Part shown: positions 46,134-55,971 of the stretch, piece after piece
Numbering within the stretch: the stretch's first letter is position 1
Layout of the letters: every line of letters starts with the position of its first letter
Source: Minisyncoccia bacterium
Lineage (GTDB): Bacteria > Patescibacteriota > Minisyncoccia > Phycocordibacterales > UBA9973
Assembly: GCA_041737125.1 (NCBI GenBank)
Contig: JBGSSJ010000011.1
Span: 33,568-97,567 of the forward strand
Length of the DNA: 64,000 nt
Direction: 5' to 3'
Notes under the pieces: generated by a model
Seen by the model: only the letters and a program-made list of their open reading frames with translations
Databases searched by the model: none
What the model was told of the DNA's origin: nothing
Position numbers and translations under genes: made by a program

Positions 46134-47501
46134 TTACATTAATGCTAACTTGGGAGCTATACCCGTATAAGATGTCGGAGTCCATTTCTTGAGCTCCAAC
46201 TTTAGCTTATTTGAGATTTTCAAATTATCGATAAATTGTGCAAAGTCCTCCATAGTCACTTCTTTGCCACGAGTAAGATCTTTGAGTGCTTCATAAGGAA
46301 TCGGGTACCCTTCACGACGAAGGACTGTCTGTATGGCTTCGGCTACTATCTCTGGATGTGCAAGTAAATCATATAGGATACGAGCTTCATTCACACTTAT
46401 CTTACCAAGACCCTTCGCAAGTGAACTATATGCAAGCAAAGAGTGGCCAAACGCAGTTCCAAATGCACGCTCTACTGTAGAGTCGGACAGGTCGCGCTGA
46501 AGTCGTGATATAGGTAACTTGTTTGAGAAGAATGTGAACAAAGCATTGGCAAGACCCAAGTTCCCTTCACTATTCTCAAAATCAATCGGGTTTACTTTGT
46601 GAGGCATAGTCGATGAGCCCACTTCACCCTTCTTCACTTTCTGTATTAGGTATCCATCACTTATATACCGCCACATATCTTGATTACAATCTATAAGAAT
46701 ATTATTAATATGGCGAATCATATCGGATAGCTCAACATAAGTATCATGTGGTTCTATCTGAGTTGTTATCAAGTTGGGGCAGAGTGATACACCTTCGACT
46801 TTGCCCAGGCGCTCTATGAACTTTTTCGTAAAGACGGGCCAATTAACACTAGGGTATGCTGCCACAAATGCATTGTAATTACCAGTCGCACCGTTTAGCT
46901 TGGCCATTACTTTAAATTTATTTAGGAGGAATATTTGTCTTCTAAGCCTATCGGCGAAAACTGCAAACTCTTTGCCTAAAGTTGTAGGGCTTGCGCTCTG
47001 ACCATGAGTGCGGGCAAGCATCGGAGTACGCGCATACACCTTGGCATATTCTTTCAAAGTTTTGTTTATATCTGTAAGTGCGGGGAGGATTACATTCTTC
47101 GTGCCGGATGCAAGCATGAGTGCGTATGCGCAATTATTCGTATCCTCAGATGTTAGTCCGAAGTGCACCCACTCGAGAGTATTCGCTAGGCTCGTATTCT
47201 TTAATTCATCTTTCATGAAGTACTCGACTGCTTTCACATCGTGATTGGTTACCTTCTCGTGCTTCTTGATCTTTTTATAAGAGGCCTCAGTAAAATTCTG
47301 ATATAAAGCACGGACCTTCCCTACTTCAACACTTGTGAGCTTGCGTAAACCAATACCTTTCACTTCGGACAAACTAATAAAAAATTCGCACTCCACCATG
47401 ACTCTGTACTTCATAAGTGCATACTCAGAAAAGTATGGCGCAAGTGCGCGAGTCTTCTCGTAATATCGTCCGTCTAGTGGGTTTATGTTTGTGCTTTGCA
47501 T
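46134..47501 (-). CDS. purB: adenylosuccinate lyase
   Basis: fumarate-lyase signature 'GSSTMPHKVNPIDFE'; 455 aa. Confidence 0.9.
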   Translation of the reverse strand: MQSTNINPLDGRYYEKTRALAPYFSEYALMKYRVMVECEFFISLSEVKGIGLRKLTSVEVGKVRALYQNFTEASYKKIKKHEKVTNHDVKAVEYFMKDELKNTSLANTLEWVHFGLTSEDTNNCAYALMLASGTKNVILPALTDINKTLKEYAKVYARTPMLARTHGQSASPTTLGKEFAVFADRLRRQIFLLNKFKVMAKLNGATGNYNAFVAAYPSVNWPVFTKKFIERLGKVEGVSLCPNLITTQIEPHDTYVELSDMIRHINNILIDCNQDMWRYISDGYLIQKVKKGEVGSSTMPHKVNPIDFENSEGNLGLANALFTFFSNKLPISRLQRDLSDSTVERAFGTAFGHSLLAYSSLAKGLGKISVNEARILYDLLAHPEIVAEAIQTVLRREGYPIPYEALKDLTRGKEVTMEDFAQFIDNLKISNKLKLELKKWTPTSYTGIAPKLALM

Positions 47502-47504
47502 TTT

Positions 47505-47609
47505 TTTCTAAGCAAAGTCAGAATAATTTTACCAGAGGGGCTGGTGAGGCTCGACGGAGCGAACAATGAGGAAATTTCTCCCAAGAAATTTCCGGACCCT
47601 CTGGGAAAG
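47505..47609 (-). promoter_or_regulatory. structured intergenic element, copy C (long imperfect inverted repeat enclosing AAATTT-type hairpin), upstream of purB
   Basis: gcaaagtcagaataattttaccagaggg ... ggaaatttctcccaagaaatttcc ... ccctctgggaaagttattttgactttgc. Confidence 0.5.
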
Positions 47610-48581
47610 TTATTTTGACTTTGCTACACTTTTCAAATTATTAATAATCCTATCAATTATCGGCAGGCTGAAATCATGATCGAATGCCTTGCCGGTAATC
47701 GTCTCATATATCTCTATATACCTGCGAGAAAGCTCGGCGACAAGTGCCGGTGGTGCCTCGGGCAGTACTTCATCTTTATACGGATCACAATTGTCTTTGA
47801 ACCACAGACGGAGGAACTCTTTATCAAAATACTCTGGCTCCTGCCCCATACTTAATCTATCATTATATGTGTCTTTCTTCCAATACCGAGATGAGTCGGG
47901 TGTATGTATCTCATCTATAAGGGTCAGCTTGCCTTCACTATCAAGACCAAATTCATACTTCGTATCTACAAGTATAAGTCCACTACGCTCTGCTATCTCT
48001 TGCCCTCGAGCAAATAGTGCCTTTGATACACGCTCTACTTCATCTGTCATCTCCTGTGTGAGTAATCCTTCCGCTACAATTTCTGCCGGACTAATAGGCC
48101 TGTCATGCTCATCGGACTTCGTTGTCGGAGTGAATACTGCTTCAGGTAACTTTTGATTCTTATCCAAACCATCTTCAAGCACAAAATTTCCGAAATCACG
48201 CTTGCCATCTTTATAAGCAGTCCAAAGTGAAGTACCTGTGACTCCAGTAATATATCCACGCATAACACACTCTATCGGTAGTGGTGTACACTTCTGTGCT
48301 ACCAAAACATTCGGGTCGGGCGCACTTATAACATGGTTCTTTATTATATCTTTCGTATTCTCGAACCAGAATAAGCTAATCTGATTAAGCACTTCACCTT
48401 TGAATGGTATATGAGCAATAATCCGATCGAAAGATGAGTGCCTGTCTGTAGCAACCAGCTTAATAGTCTCCTCTCCAATATAAATATCACGAACTTTCCC
48501 CACCTTCTTAACTCCTAATCCTTCTAAATTAGTTTCTTTGATTACGTCGTTTATATGTTCTTGTATTTTTTCGATATTCAT
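47610..48581 (-). CDS. purC: SAICAR synthetase (long, eukaryote/Bacteroidetes-like form)
   Basis: 'LILVDTKYEFG' and flanking conserved blocks; 323 aa. Confidence 0.85.
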   Translation of the reverse strand: MNIEKIQEHINDVIKETNLEGLGVKKVGKVRDIYIGEETIKLVATDRHSSFDRIIAHIPFKGEVLNQISLFWFENTKDIIKNHVISAPDPNVLVAQKCTPLPIECVMRGYITGVTGTSLWTAYKDGKRDFGNFVLEDGLDKNQKLPEAVFTPTTKSDEHDRPISPAEIVAEGLLTQEMTDEVERVSKALFARGQEIAERSGLILVDTKYEFGLDSEGKLTLIDEIHTPDSSRYWKKDTYNDRLSMGQEPEYFDKEFLRLWFKDNCDPYKDEVLPEAPPALVAELSRRYIEIYETITGKAFDHDFSLPIIDRIINNLKSVAKSK

Positions 48582-48585
48582 TATT

Positions 48586-49626
48586 TTATTTAAATACTAC
48601 CTTCTTGTCGCCTTTGATAATCTTCCCTATTTCAAAAATTTTAAATTGTGGGTAATCTTTTAAGATATTCTCAATCTTTTCTTTTTCCTTTTGTGGAACT
48701 ATCAGAACAAGTCCGATACTCATATTGAATACTCTATACATTTCTTCCTCTGGCACCTCACCCACTTTCTGTAAGTATGAAAATAGAGGAAGCATAGGCC
48801 AAGTACCTTTCGCAATCTCTGCATCAAGAGCCTCGGGCAATACTCGCGGAATGTTCTCAATGAATCCCCCACCTGTTATGTGAGCTATGCCTCGGATATC
48901 TATACCACGATCAAGCATCGAAAGCACAGGCACAGAGTAATTCACATGTACTTGTAGCAATGCTTCACCTACACTCATGCCAAGCTCAGGAACATTGTCC
49001 TCCACTTTATGACCTGCAATATTAAAAAGTATTTTACGTGCAAGGGAAAAGCCATTCGTATGTAGACCACTCGAAGGAAATCCGAGTATGATGTCGCCTT
49101 CTTGTATTCTATCCCCTGTTATAATTTTATCTTTTTCTACTACTCCAGTAATGCACCCGGCTATATCGTGCTCGCCACTTGTATACACTCCTGGCATCTC
49201 TGCAGTCTCGCCACCGATGAGGGACACTCCGTTCTCCCTGCAAGCTTTCGCCATACCTCCCACCATTGCTTCCATCACAATAGGATCGAGCTTATCATGC
49301 GCTACATAGTCAAGGAATGTAAGTGATCGCGCACCCATAGCAAGCAGATCATCACAGCAGTGATTCACTATATCCTCTCCGACTGTATCGTATTTATTCA
49401 TCATCCGAGCGACAGAGAGCTTCGTCCCTACACCATCGATACTCTGCACGAGGACTGGGTGATTGTAAGATTTCAAAACCTCCCCTATATCATAGAGCCC
49501 ACCGAAGCTACCGATACCAGTAAGCACTGCGCTTGTGTGAGTAGAAGCGACGTCTTTTTTTATACGAGAAACTGCTTCATTCCCCGCATCTATATTTACT
49601 CCTGATTGTGTGTATAAGTCTGACAT
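48586..49626 (-). CDS. purM: phosphoribosylformylglycinamidine cyclo-ligase (AIR synthetase)
   Basis: 'YTQSGVNIDAGNEAV', 'VLVQSIDGVGTK', 'CITGVVE' typical PurM blocks. Confidence 0.9.
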   Translation of the reverse strand: MSDLYTQSGVNIDAGNEAVSRIKKDVASTHTSAVLTGIGSFGGLYDIGEVLKSYNHPVLVQSIDGVGTKLSVARMMNKYDTVGEDIVNHCCDDLLAMGARSLTFLDYVAHDKLDPIVMEAMVGGMAKACRENGVSLIGGETAEMPGVYTSGEHDIAGCITGVVEKDKIITGDRIQEGDIILGFPSSGLHTNGFSLARKILFNIAGHKVEDNVPELGMSVGEALLQVHVNYSVPVLSMLDRGIDIRGIAHITGGGFIENIPRVLPEALDAEIAKGTWPMLPLFSYLQKVGEVPEEEMYRVFNMSIGLVLIVPQKEKEKIENILKDYPQFKIFEIGKIIKGDKKVVFK

Positions 49627-49627
49627 G

Positions 49628-50140
49628 TTATATCGAATATTTCTTATATCCGACTTTTTGTAATTTCTTCGCTTTGCCTTTCACTTCTACATTCATCTTC
49701 TTCTTATAATCTACCATCTTCTTCTGTAATTTCTTATCTGTAAGTCCTAGTATCTGTATTGCAAGTAATCCTGCATTCTTCGCTCCATTTACTGCAACAG
49801 TAGCTACGGGTACACCAGGCGGCATTTGTGCAATAGACAAAAGTGAATCAAGTCCGTCCATCGTCTTCGTCTTTACAGGAACACCTATCACAGGGAGCAC
49901 AGTCATGGACGCAGTGATTCCCGGCAAATGTGCTGCACCTCCAGCACCTGCAATAATAACTTTCAATCCTTTGGTGATGGCTTTTTTTGAATATTCAAAT
50001 AGCACATCAGGTGTGCGATGCGCTGATACGATAGTCATCTCATAAGCCACATTAAAATCATCAAGAATACTTGCAGCATCTTGCATAACCGCAAGATCTG
50101 AATCCGAACCCATTATTATTCCTACTTTTATTTTTTTCAT
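49628..50140 (-). CDS. purE: N5-CAIR mutase
   Basis: '[19 protein letters not shown]...' ; ORF extends to 50185 but upstream part overlaps conserved intergenic element, so Met at 50140 preferred. Confidence 0.85.
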   Translation of the reverse strand: MKKIKVGIIMGSDSDLAVMQDAASILDDFNVAYEMTIVSAHRTPDVLFEYSKKAITKGLKVIIAGAGGAAHLPGITASMTVLPVIGVPVKTKTMDGLDSLLSIAQMPPGVPVATVAVNGAKNAGLLAIQILGLTDKKLQKKMVDYKKKMNVEVKGKAKKLQKVGYKKYSI

Positions 50141-50149
50141 ATTATTTTT

Positions 50150-50298
50150 ACTGAAACAAAATAGTCTTTGAGAAATGTCTTGCACAGGAGCTTAGAAAAT
50201 AAATGAGTGTAACGATTATTATTTTCTTGAGCGACGAGCAGAGAAAATTTGAAGCTTCAAATTATTCGTGCATTTCGAGAAGACTATTTTGTGAAAGT
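50150..50298 (-). promoter_or_regulatory. structured intergenic element, copy A (between purK and purE)
   Basis: shares with copy B: 'aaaatagtctNtgagaaaNgNcttgcNcagg', 'cgagcagagNaaatt'+hairpin (aaatttgaag/cttcaaatt), 'tttcgaNaagaNtNattttNNNgaaag'; outer 10-11-bp complementarity aaaatagtct/agactatttt. Confidence 0.6.
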
Positions 50299-50299
50299 T

Positions 50300-51427
50300 C
50301 TAAATCTCTATACTCTTCCTTACTTCTAAAGCTTTCTCTTCTGCCTCTTCTAGGCTATCTGCAAGCGCTGTTATATGCCCCATTTTGCGTTCCTGGCGTG
50401 TATCCATTTTACCATATATATGGACTGACAGAGAAGGTTCGCCATCATACGTATAATTCCCATCAAATAAAGCTTCACCCTCACGACCACCCAAGATATT
50501 CACCATCACTGCATGATGAGCAAGAGGCAAAGGATCCACAAGTGGCATGCCAGTGATAGCTCGTATGTGAGCTTCAAACTGAGACATGGAAAACGCTTCT
50601 ATGGTGTGGTGACCCGAGTTGTGCACTCGCGGAGCTATCTCATTCACTAGCACTTCCCCATCTTCAGTTAAGAACATTTCAACTGCATACACTCCGACAC
50701 CACCAAGTACAGACAAAACACGTTCTGCAATAGTTTTGGCTTTATTTATAACTTCATGTGGCACTGGTGCAGGCGAGCGCACAATGTGGCAAATATTATT
50801 CTTGTGCACTGTCTCCACCACCGGGAAAGAAATAATCTCCCCGTCCACACCGCGCGCAGAAACTACTGCAAGCTCTTTCGTAAATGGCACGAACTTCTCG
50901 GCATAAAGAGTACTTTTTGAAAGTTCCTTAAATGCATCTTCTATATCATCTTTACTTTTTATAACTCTATTCCCTCGCCCATCATATGCATCAAAGCGAG
51001 CTTTCAGTAAGTATGGATAGCCGAAAATCTCGCCTTGCTTGTAGCAATCATCTACACTATCTATGAGAGCGAAGTCCGCGACTGGTATGTCGTGCTCACG
51101 GAGGAATACTTTCTGTTCAAATTTATCTTTAATAATTTTAAGTACGTTCGGTTCTGGGTTCACGGATACACCCCGCACTACTAGCTCCTCTAGTGCTTCA
51201 GCATTGGCGGACTCTATCTCGAAAGTTATGAAGTCGGACACTTCAGCAAGCTTGAAAATACTTTCTTTGTCTTTGAAGCTTCCGACTATTTGTGCATCTG
51301 ATACCTGTCCTGCAGGCGATCCCGCTTGTGGGTCGAGCACAGTCACATAGAAACCCAACTTGTGAGCTGCTTGTGCGAGCATACGGCCTAGCTGTCCCCC
51401 ACCGACAATTCCAATTCTTTGCTTCAT
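50300..51427 (-). CDS. purK: N5-CAIR synthetase (ATP-grasp)
   Basis: 'MKQRIGIVGGGQLGRMLAQAA' N-terminus and ATP-grasp architecture. Confidence 0.9.
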   Translation of the reverse strand: MKQRIGIVGGGQLGRMLAQAAHKLGFYVTVLDPQAGSPAGQVSDAQIVGSFKDKESIFKLAEVSDFITFEIESANAEALEELVVRGVSVNPEPNVLKIIKDKFEQKVFLREHDIPVADFALIDSVDDCYKQGEIFGYPYLLKARFDAYDGRGNRVIKSKDDIEDAFKELSKSTLYAEKFVPFTKELAVVSARGVDGEIISFPVVETVHKNNICHIVRSPAPVPHEVINKAKTIAERVLSVLGGVGVYAVEMFLTEDGEVLVNEIAPRVHNSGHHTIEAFSMSQFEAHIRAITGMPLVDPLPLAHHAVMVNILGGREGEALFDGNYTYDGEPSLSVHIYGKMDTRQERKMGHITALADSLEEAEEKALEVRKSIEI

Positions 51428-51444
51428 ATTCTAACTTTAACATC

Positions 51445-51472
51445 GTTTGGGCAATAAAAAAAGGCCGGAGGC
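51445..51472 (-). terminator. intrinsic terminator (ggcc-tccg-ggcc stem + T7) downstream of purD/small ORF on minus strand
   Basis: minus strand aaaggcctccggcctttttttatt. Confidence 0.6.
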
Positions 51473-51492
51473 CTTTGTTTAGGGTTTTATTT

Positions 51493-51714
51493 TTAGTGTC
51501 CATCCTGAAAGTGGAGATCGTCGTCTATTAAACGAAAATCATTCTCGGGTTGATAAATCTTTTTCTTAGATACCTTTTCAGACTCCAAAAAACCTGATCC
51601 ATCCGACACTCCACCTACAAAGTAGGAGGTTAAGGAAGTTTCCAAAAAATCATTTAACCTTTGACTCTTCCCTTCTCGATCAAAAGCTATTATTTGCTCA
51701 TTAGTCATAGCCAA
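51493..51714 (-). CDS. small hypothetical protein (73 aa) inside pur operon
   Basis: ORF between purD and terminator; not PurS-like; weak. Confidence 0.3.
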   Translation of the reverse strand: MAMTNEQIIAFDREGKSQRLNDFLETSLTSYFVGGVSDGSGFLESEKVSKKKIYQPENDFRLIDDDLHFQDGH

Positions 51715-51771
51715 ACAATTTAAATTCTTGAAAAATGAAGATACAATTAATTTAAGCCTACAATAAAAATA

Positions 51772-53061
51772 CTACTTTAGCAATAGTGCTTTTTTGCCTA
51801 TGTCTCTCCTGTATTGCATACCTTCAAAATGGATTTTATTTACAGCATTATATGCAGTCTGAAGAGCTTCCTCCAAAGTATTCCCCACAGCGCTTACTCC
51901 CAATACTCGCCCACCATTTGTGACCAAATTCCCGTCTTTCATGGTTGTCCCCGCATGGAATACTATGACATGTGGATCTTGCTCCGCATCTGCTATGCCA
52001 CTTATAACTTTACCTTTCGTATAGTCACCTGGGTACCCACCGGACGCAAGGACGATAGTGCAGGCGTAGCAATCTTTCCATTTAATTTCGAGTTGTGAGA
52101 GCTTGCCTTCTATGCAAGCGAGGAATATGTCAACAATGTCACTTTCAAGAAATCGCATATATGTCTGTGTCTCTGGGTCGCCAAAGCGCGCATTATACTC
52201 TAGAATTTTCGGACCATTCTCTGTAAGCATGAGTCCAGGATAAAGCACACCTGAGAATGGCACACTCTCGTGCGTCATCGATACTAGAGTAGGAGCCACT
52301 ATCGTCTCTTCGATCTTCTGTATCAGACCATGAGATACAAATGGAAGCGGGGCAATAGTTCCCATGCCACCTGTGTTCGGACCCTTGTCGCCTTCACCCA
52401 CTCTCTTATGATCCTGAGAAGTCGGGAAAAGAGAATGATTCTTACCATCTGAGAAAGCATGTATAGATATCTCAGGGCCCGTCATGAAGTCTTCGACGAC
52501 AATCTCTCGCCCTGATTCACCGAATATATTACGAACGAGAATATCCTCGGCAGCAGCGCGTGCCTCAGGATACGTCATGCATATGAAGACTCCTTTACCG
52601 AGAGCAAGGCCACTTACTTTGACTACTTGAGGTCTGTCTTGCGCTGCTAGGTATGCGTCTGCTTCAGCGAAATCAGTGAAAACTTTGAACTGTGCTGTGG
52701 GAAGATTGTTGCGGTCCATGAACTTCTTCGCAAATGCTTTCGAAGATTCAAGCTGAGCGGCTTCTTTTGTAGGGCCGAAAATTTTCAGTTCATTTGCTTG
52801 GAATAAATCCACAATACCGAGAGCAAGCGGATCATCGGGCAGTGCAAGAGTCAGGTCAATATTCTCGTTCAAAGCGAATTCTAGGAGCGCATGTATATCT
52901 GTGGCTTTGATTTCAATATTGGTGCCAAGCATCGCTGTACCAGCGTTCCCTGGTGCGAAGAACAGCTCCCCACATTTCGGTGATTGCGCAACCTTCCATC
53001 CTATTGCATGTTCCCTACCACCCGAACCTATTATTAAAATTTTGTATTTTTCATTAGGCAT
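51772..53061 (-). CDS. purD: GAR synthetase
   Basis: 'KILIIGSGGREHAIGWKVAQSP' N-terminus, ATP-grasp core. Confidence 0.9.
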   Translation of the reverse strand: MPNEKYKILIIGSGGREHAIGWKVAQSPKCGELFFAPGNAGTAMLGTNIEIKATDIHALLEFALNENIDLTLALPDDPLALGIVDLFQANELKIFGPTKEAAQLESSKAFAKKFMDRNNLPTAQFKVFTDFAEADAYLAAQDRPQVVKVSGLALGKGVFICMTYPEARAAAEDILVRNIFGESGREIVVEDFMTGPEISIHAFSDGKNHSLFPTSQDHKRVGEGDKGPNTGGMGTIAPLPFVSHGLIQKIEETIVAPTLVSMTHESVPFSGVLYPGLMLTENGPKILEYNARFGDPETQTYMRFLESDIVDIFLACIEGKLSQLEIKWKDCYACTIVLASGGYPGDYTKGKVISGIADAEQDPHVIVFHAGTTMKDGNLVTNGGRVLGVSAVGNTLEEALQTAYNAVNKIHFEGMQYRRDIGKKALLLK

Positions 53062-53656
53062 TTTTAGATAATTTACTTAATACTTCTATATAAAGTTCGT
53101 TTTCTTTTTTCTTTAATCTACTGTAGAGCGATTCTACATCCTCATTATCTTCCACCTTCTCATATGTGCGACCAAGTACTGGGCCGAAGTCGAAGTTCAA
53201 AGTTAGAAAGTGAATAGATGAACCAGCATACGTACACTTGTGATCGAGGAAATTCTGTATCGCTTTCGTAGTGAGCATTCCTTTGTTCCAGAGCCCCTCT
53301 GTGCCATCTGGGTTCAAAGCTTGCCCATCTACTGTATCTGGAATAAGCCCCGGATGCAAATTTAGAATCCTATTCGGATACGCAAGTATAACTTCATCAA
53401 GTATTATCTGCTTCCAGCCAGCAAGGCATATATAGTCAGGATTTAATTCTTGGAGAAGTGAAAGGAGTTCTTCTTTCTTCGGGCATATTTTAATATCTAA
53501 ATTATTCTTCCTTGCACGCTCGAGTCCAAGAGCACTTGTATCATCCGAGACCACAGCACTAATAGTAGCATTTATCTGCCCCCCATTCACACCATCAATA
53601 ATTGCTTGTAGATTGGTGCCCGTACCAGTATTGGAAATAAGTACAACAATTTTCAT
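53054..53656 (-). CDS. purN: GAR formyltransferase
   Basis: 'MKIVVLISNTGTGTNLQAIID', 'ILNLHPGLIPD' (HP motif), 'GSSIHFL'; overlaps purD start by 8 bp. Confidence 0.9.
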   Translation of the reverse strand: MKIVVLISNTGTGTNLQAIIDGVNGGQINATISAVVSDDTSALGLERARKNNLDIKICPKKEELLSLLQELNPDYICLAGWKQIILDEVILAYPNRILNLHPGLIPDTVDGQALNPDGTEGLWNKGMLTTKAIQNFLDHKCTYAGSSIHFLTLNFDFGPVLGRTYEKVEDNEDVESLYSRLKKKENELYIEVLSKLSKNA

Positions 53657-53659
53657 AAT

Positions 53660-53790
53660 TTAATAATGAAGTAAAAATAGTCTCTGAGAAAAGACTTGCG
53701 CAGGCGGGTAGCCGAGCAGAGCAAATTCCGAGCACGGAATTATGTGTACTTTTCGAAGAGAGTTATTTTTACGAAGTTTATTCATATTAT
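53660..53790 (-). promoter_or_regulatory. structured intergenic element, copy B (between purF and purN)
   Basis: as copy A; internal hairpin here is aattccg-agc-acggaatt (compensatory relative to copy A). Confidence 0.6.
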
Positions 53791-55182
53791 TTATTCTTTC
53801 GGTACATCTCTAGTAAACTCATTCACACGTTCGAATAAATCTATCGGGTACTCTCCGGTAAATGCAGATAGAGAGAATCGTTCTTTCGGTAAGCCTGTCG
53901 CCTTCACCATGCCGTCCACCGATAAGAATGAAAGTGATGTCGCTCCAAGATACTCACAAATTTCTTGGACAGTTTTCTGTGAACCTATAAGGTCAACTTG
54001 CTTCGGAGTATCAATACCATAAAAGTCCGGGAACTTCACAGGGGGTGAAGCCACAAGGAAATGCACTTCCGTGGCTCCCGCTTCGAAAAGCATTTTCACT
54101 ATTTGCCTACTAGTTGTACCGCGTACTATCGAGTCATCCATCACACCGACGCGCTTACCAGTGATAACTTCAGTAAGTGGCAGGAGCTTCATCTTCACTT
54201 TCTTATCCCTATCGTCTTGAAGAGGTTCTATGAATGTGCGATGTATGTATCTATTCTTCACTAATGCCATTTCGAAAGGTATACCTGTGGCTTGTGAGTA
54301 ACCAATAGCTGAAGGGACTGACGTCTCGGGTACAGGGATAATAATGTCTACTTCTTTCGGATACTCTTCCGCTAAGATTGCGCCGAAGTTCTTGCGAACT
54401 TCATATACTGACTTACCAAGCATATTACTATCTGGCCTCGCAAAGTACACGAATTCAAATATATCAAACTTGTGTTCCCTATTCTCTAAAATTTTACTTT
54501 CTACTCCGTCTTTCGTGACTATCACTAGTTCGCCGGGTTCTACTTCGCGTACAAATTCTGCGCCGACAGTAGTAAGAGCACATGTCTCTGAAGCGAAGAA
54601 TATCTTATCTTTCCGTTTACCCATTACAAGTGGTCGCATACCAGAAGAATCACGGAAAGCAACGAGGCAGTCAGTAGATAATGATACACATGAGAATGCT
54701 CCAGTGAAAAGTGGGTAGACTTTCTCGATAGCTTGAGCTAAAGTTACACCTTCTTTCATACACTTACCTATTGCATGAGCCATAAGTACGGAGTCCGACA
54801 TGTCATGAAGTGGTAGACCGCTATCCTTTAAAAATTCCATCAAAGCATCCACACTAGGGAGATTACCGTTATGGGCAAATGCAATATTATCCACAACAAC
54901 AGGTTGAGCGTGCTCTGCTCCACCACCACGTGATGTCGAATAACGGTTGTGGCCAATAGCACCAAATCCTGGCAACCCTTGTAATATCTCTTCTGTGTAT
55001 ACCTGACTAACTAAGCCATGAGCTTTATAAGAGAAAATTTCTTTGCCGTCAGTAGATGCAATACCTGAATACTCTTGACCTCTATGTTGTAGAGCAAACA
55101 ATCCGAAATAAGTTTGCCTTGAAGCAATCTCTGTATCACCAAAAACTCCAAACACCGCACATTTCTCATTGAGTTTATCCAT
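53791..55182 (-). CDS. purF: amidophosphoribosyltransferase
   Basis: N-terminal 'KCAVFGVFG' Ntn-Cys, PRTase motif 'VGVMDDSIVRGTT'. Confidence 0.9.
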   Translation of the reverse strand: MDKLNEKCAVFGVFGDTEIASRQTYFGLFALQHRGQEYSGIASTDGKEIFSYKAHGLVSQVYTEEILQGLPGFGAIGHNRYSTSRGGGAEHAQPVVVDNIAFAHNGNLPSVDALMEFLKDSGLPLHDMSDSVLMAHAIGKCMKEGVTLAQAIEKVYPLFTGAFSCVSLSTDCLVAFRDSSGMRPLVMGKRKDKIFFASETCALTTVGAEFVREVEPGELVIVTKDGVESKILENREHKFDIFEFVYFARPDSNMLGKSVYEVRKNFGAILAEEYPKEVDIIIPVPETSVPSAIGYSQATGIPFEMALVKNRYIHRTFIEPLQDDRDKKVKMKLLPLTEVITGKRVGVMDDSIVRGTTSRQIVKMLFEAGATEVHFLVASPPVKFPDFYGIDTPKQVDLIGSQKTVQEICEYLGATSLSFLSVDGMVKATGLPKERFSLSAFTGEYPIDLFERVNEFTRDVPKE

Positions 55183-55185
55183 AGA

Positions 55186-55971
55186 CTATTTAAAATAATT
55201 AATTGCGTTCTTGAATAATATAATACCCTCACCATCTGTTGGAATTTGTTTTATTTTGCCACTCTTTCTTTTCAAAATCTCTTTCTGTAGCTGGAAGTCT
55301 GGCCTGTGATGTGAGAACATTGCACGCTCTGGATGTGGCATCATACCCAAGACTCTACCATCATAACCAAGCACTCCAGCGATATCATACATGGCACCGT
55401 TCGGATTGTCTTTCAAATTCTGGAATTTACATAATGTACCTTTTGTATATTGGAATGCGACTTGTCTCTTTTTCTTCATGTCTTTATATTCGCCCTCATC
55501 TATAACATAGCGGCCTTCGCCATGAGCAATAGGTAGTGATATTGTTTTCATCTTGCCTAGCCATGGACTATGACCCACTACTTTCAAATCCACCCACCTA
55601 TCTATATACTGGCCACTACTATTATGCATAAGTCCTCCAGGAAGTAGACCTAGGTTTGTAATAATCTGAAAACCATTACATATGCCTATAGTAAGTGTGT
55701 CCCTATTTACGAAGTCTTGTAATTCTTGGGCCAAATGATTCTTAAATTTATTGGCATACGCTTTGCCACTGCCTGTATCGTCACCATAAGAGAATCCTCC
55801 AGGGAATACTAGTACGTCATAAGTAGATAAAAGTTTCGGACTTTTTATTAAGTCATTAATATGAACAATGTCAGCCTTACCACCAGCATTATTAAAAGCA
55901 AACTGTGTTTCCTCTTCGCAGTTGAGTCCGTAGCCTGACATTATTATAATTTTCGGTATTTTCTTTTTCAT
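55186..55971 (-). CDS. purQ: FGAM synthase glutaminase subunit
   Basis: 'IIIMSGYGLNCEEET' , catalytic 'GICNGFQ', 'MPHPER'. Confidence 0.9.
   Translation of the reverse strand: MKKKIPKIIIMSGYGLNCEEETQFAFNNAGGKADIVHINDLIKSPKLLSTYDVLVFPGGFSYGDDTGSGKAYANKFKNHLAQELQDFVNRDTLTIGICNGFQIITNLGLLPGGLMHNSSGQYIDRWVDLKVVGHSPWLGKMKTISLPIAHGEGRYVIDEGEYKDMKKKRQVAFQYTKGTLCKFQNLKDNPNGAMYDIAGVLGYDGRVLGMMPHPERAMFSHHRPDFQLQKEILKRKSGKIKQIPTDGEGIILFKNAINYFK

Noticed and set aside
47505-53790. Whether the pur-operon elements are ZTP (pfl) or purine riboswitches
   Set aside because: Transcribed-strand sequences lack the conserved ZTP blocks (GGGUCGUGAC / CCGCCUGGGCA-type pseudoknot) and the guanine-riboswitch core as I recall them. 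Copy B has only a partial 'CCCGCCUGCGCAAG' resemblance. They are kept as an unclassified element family.
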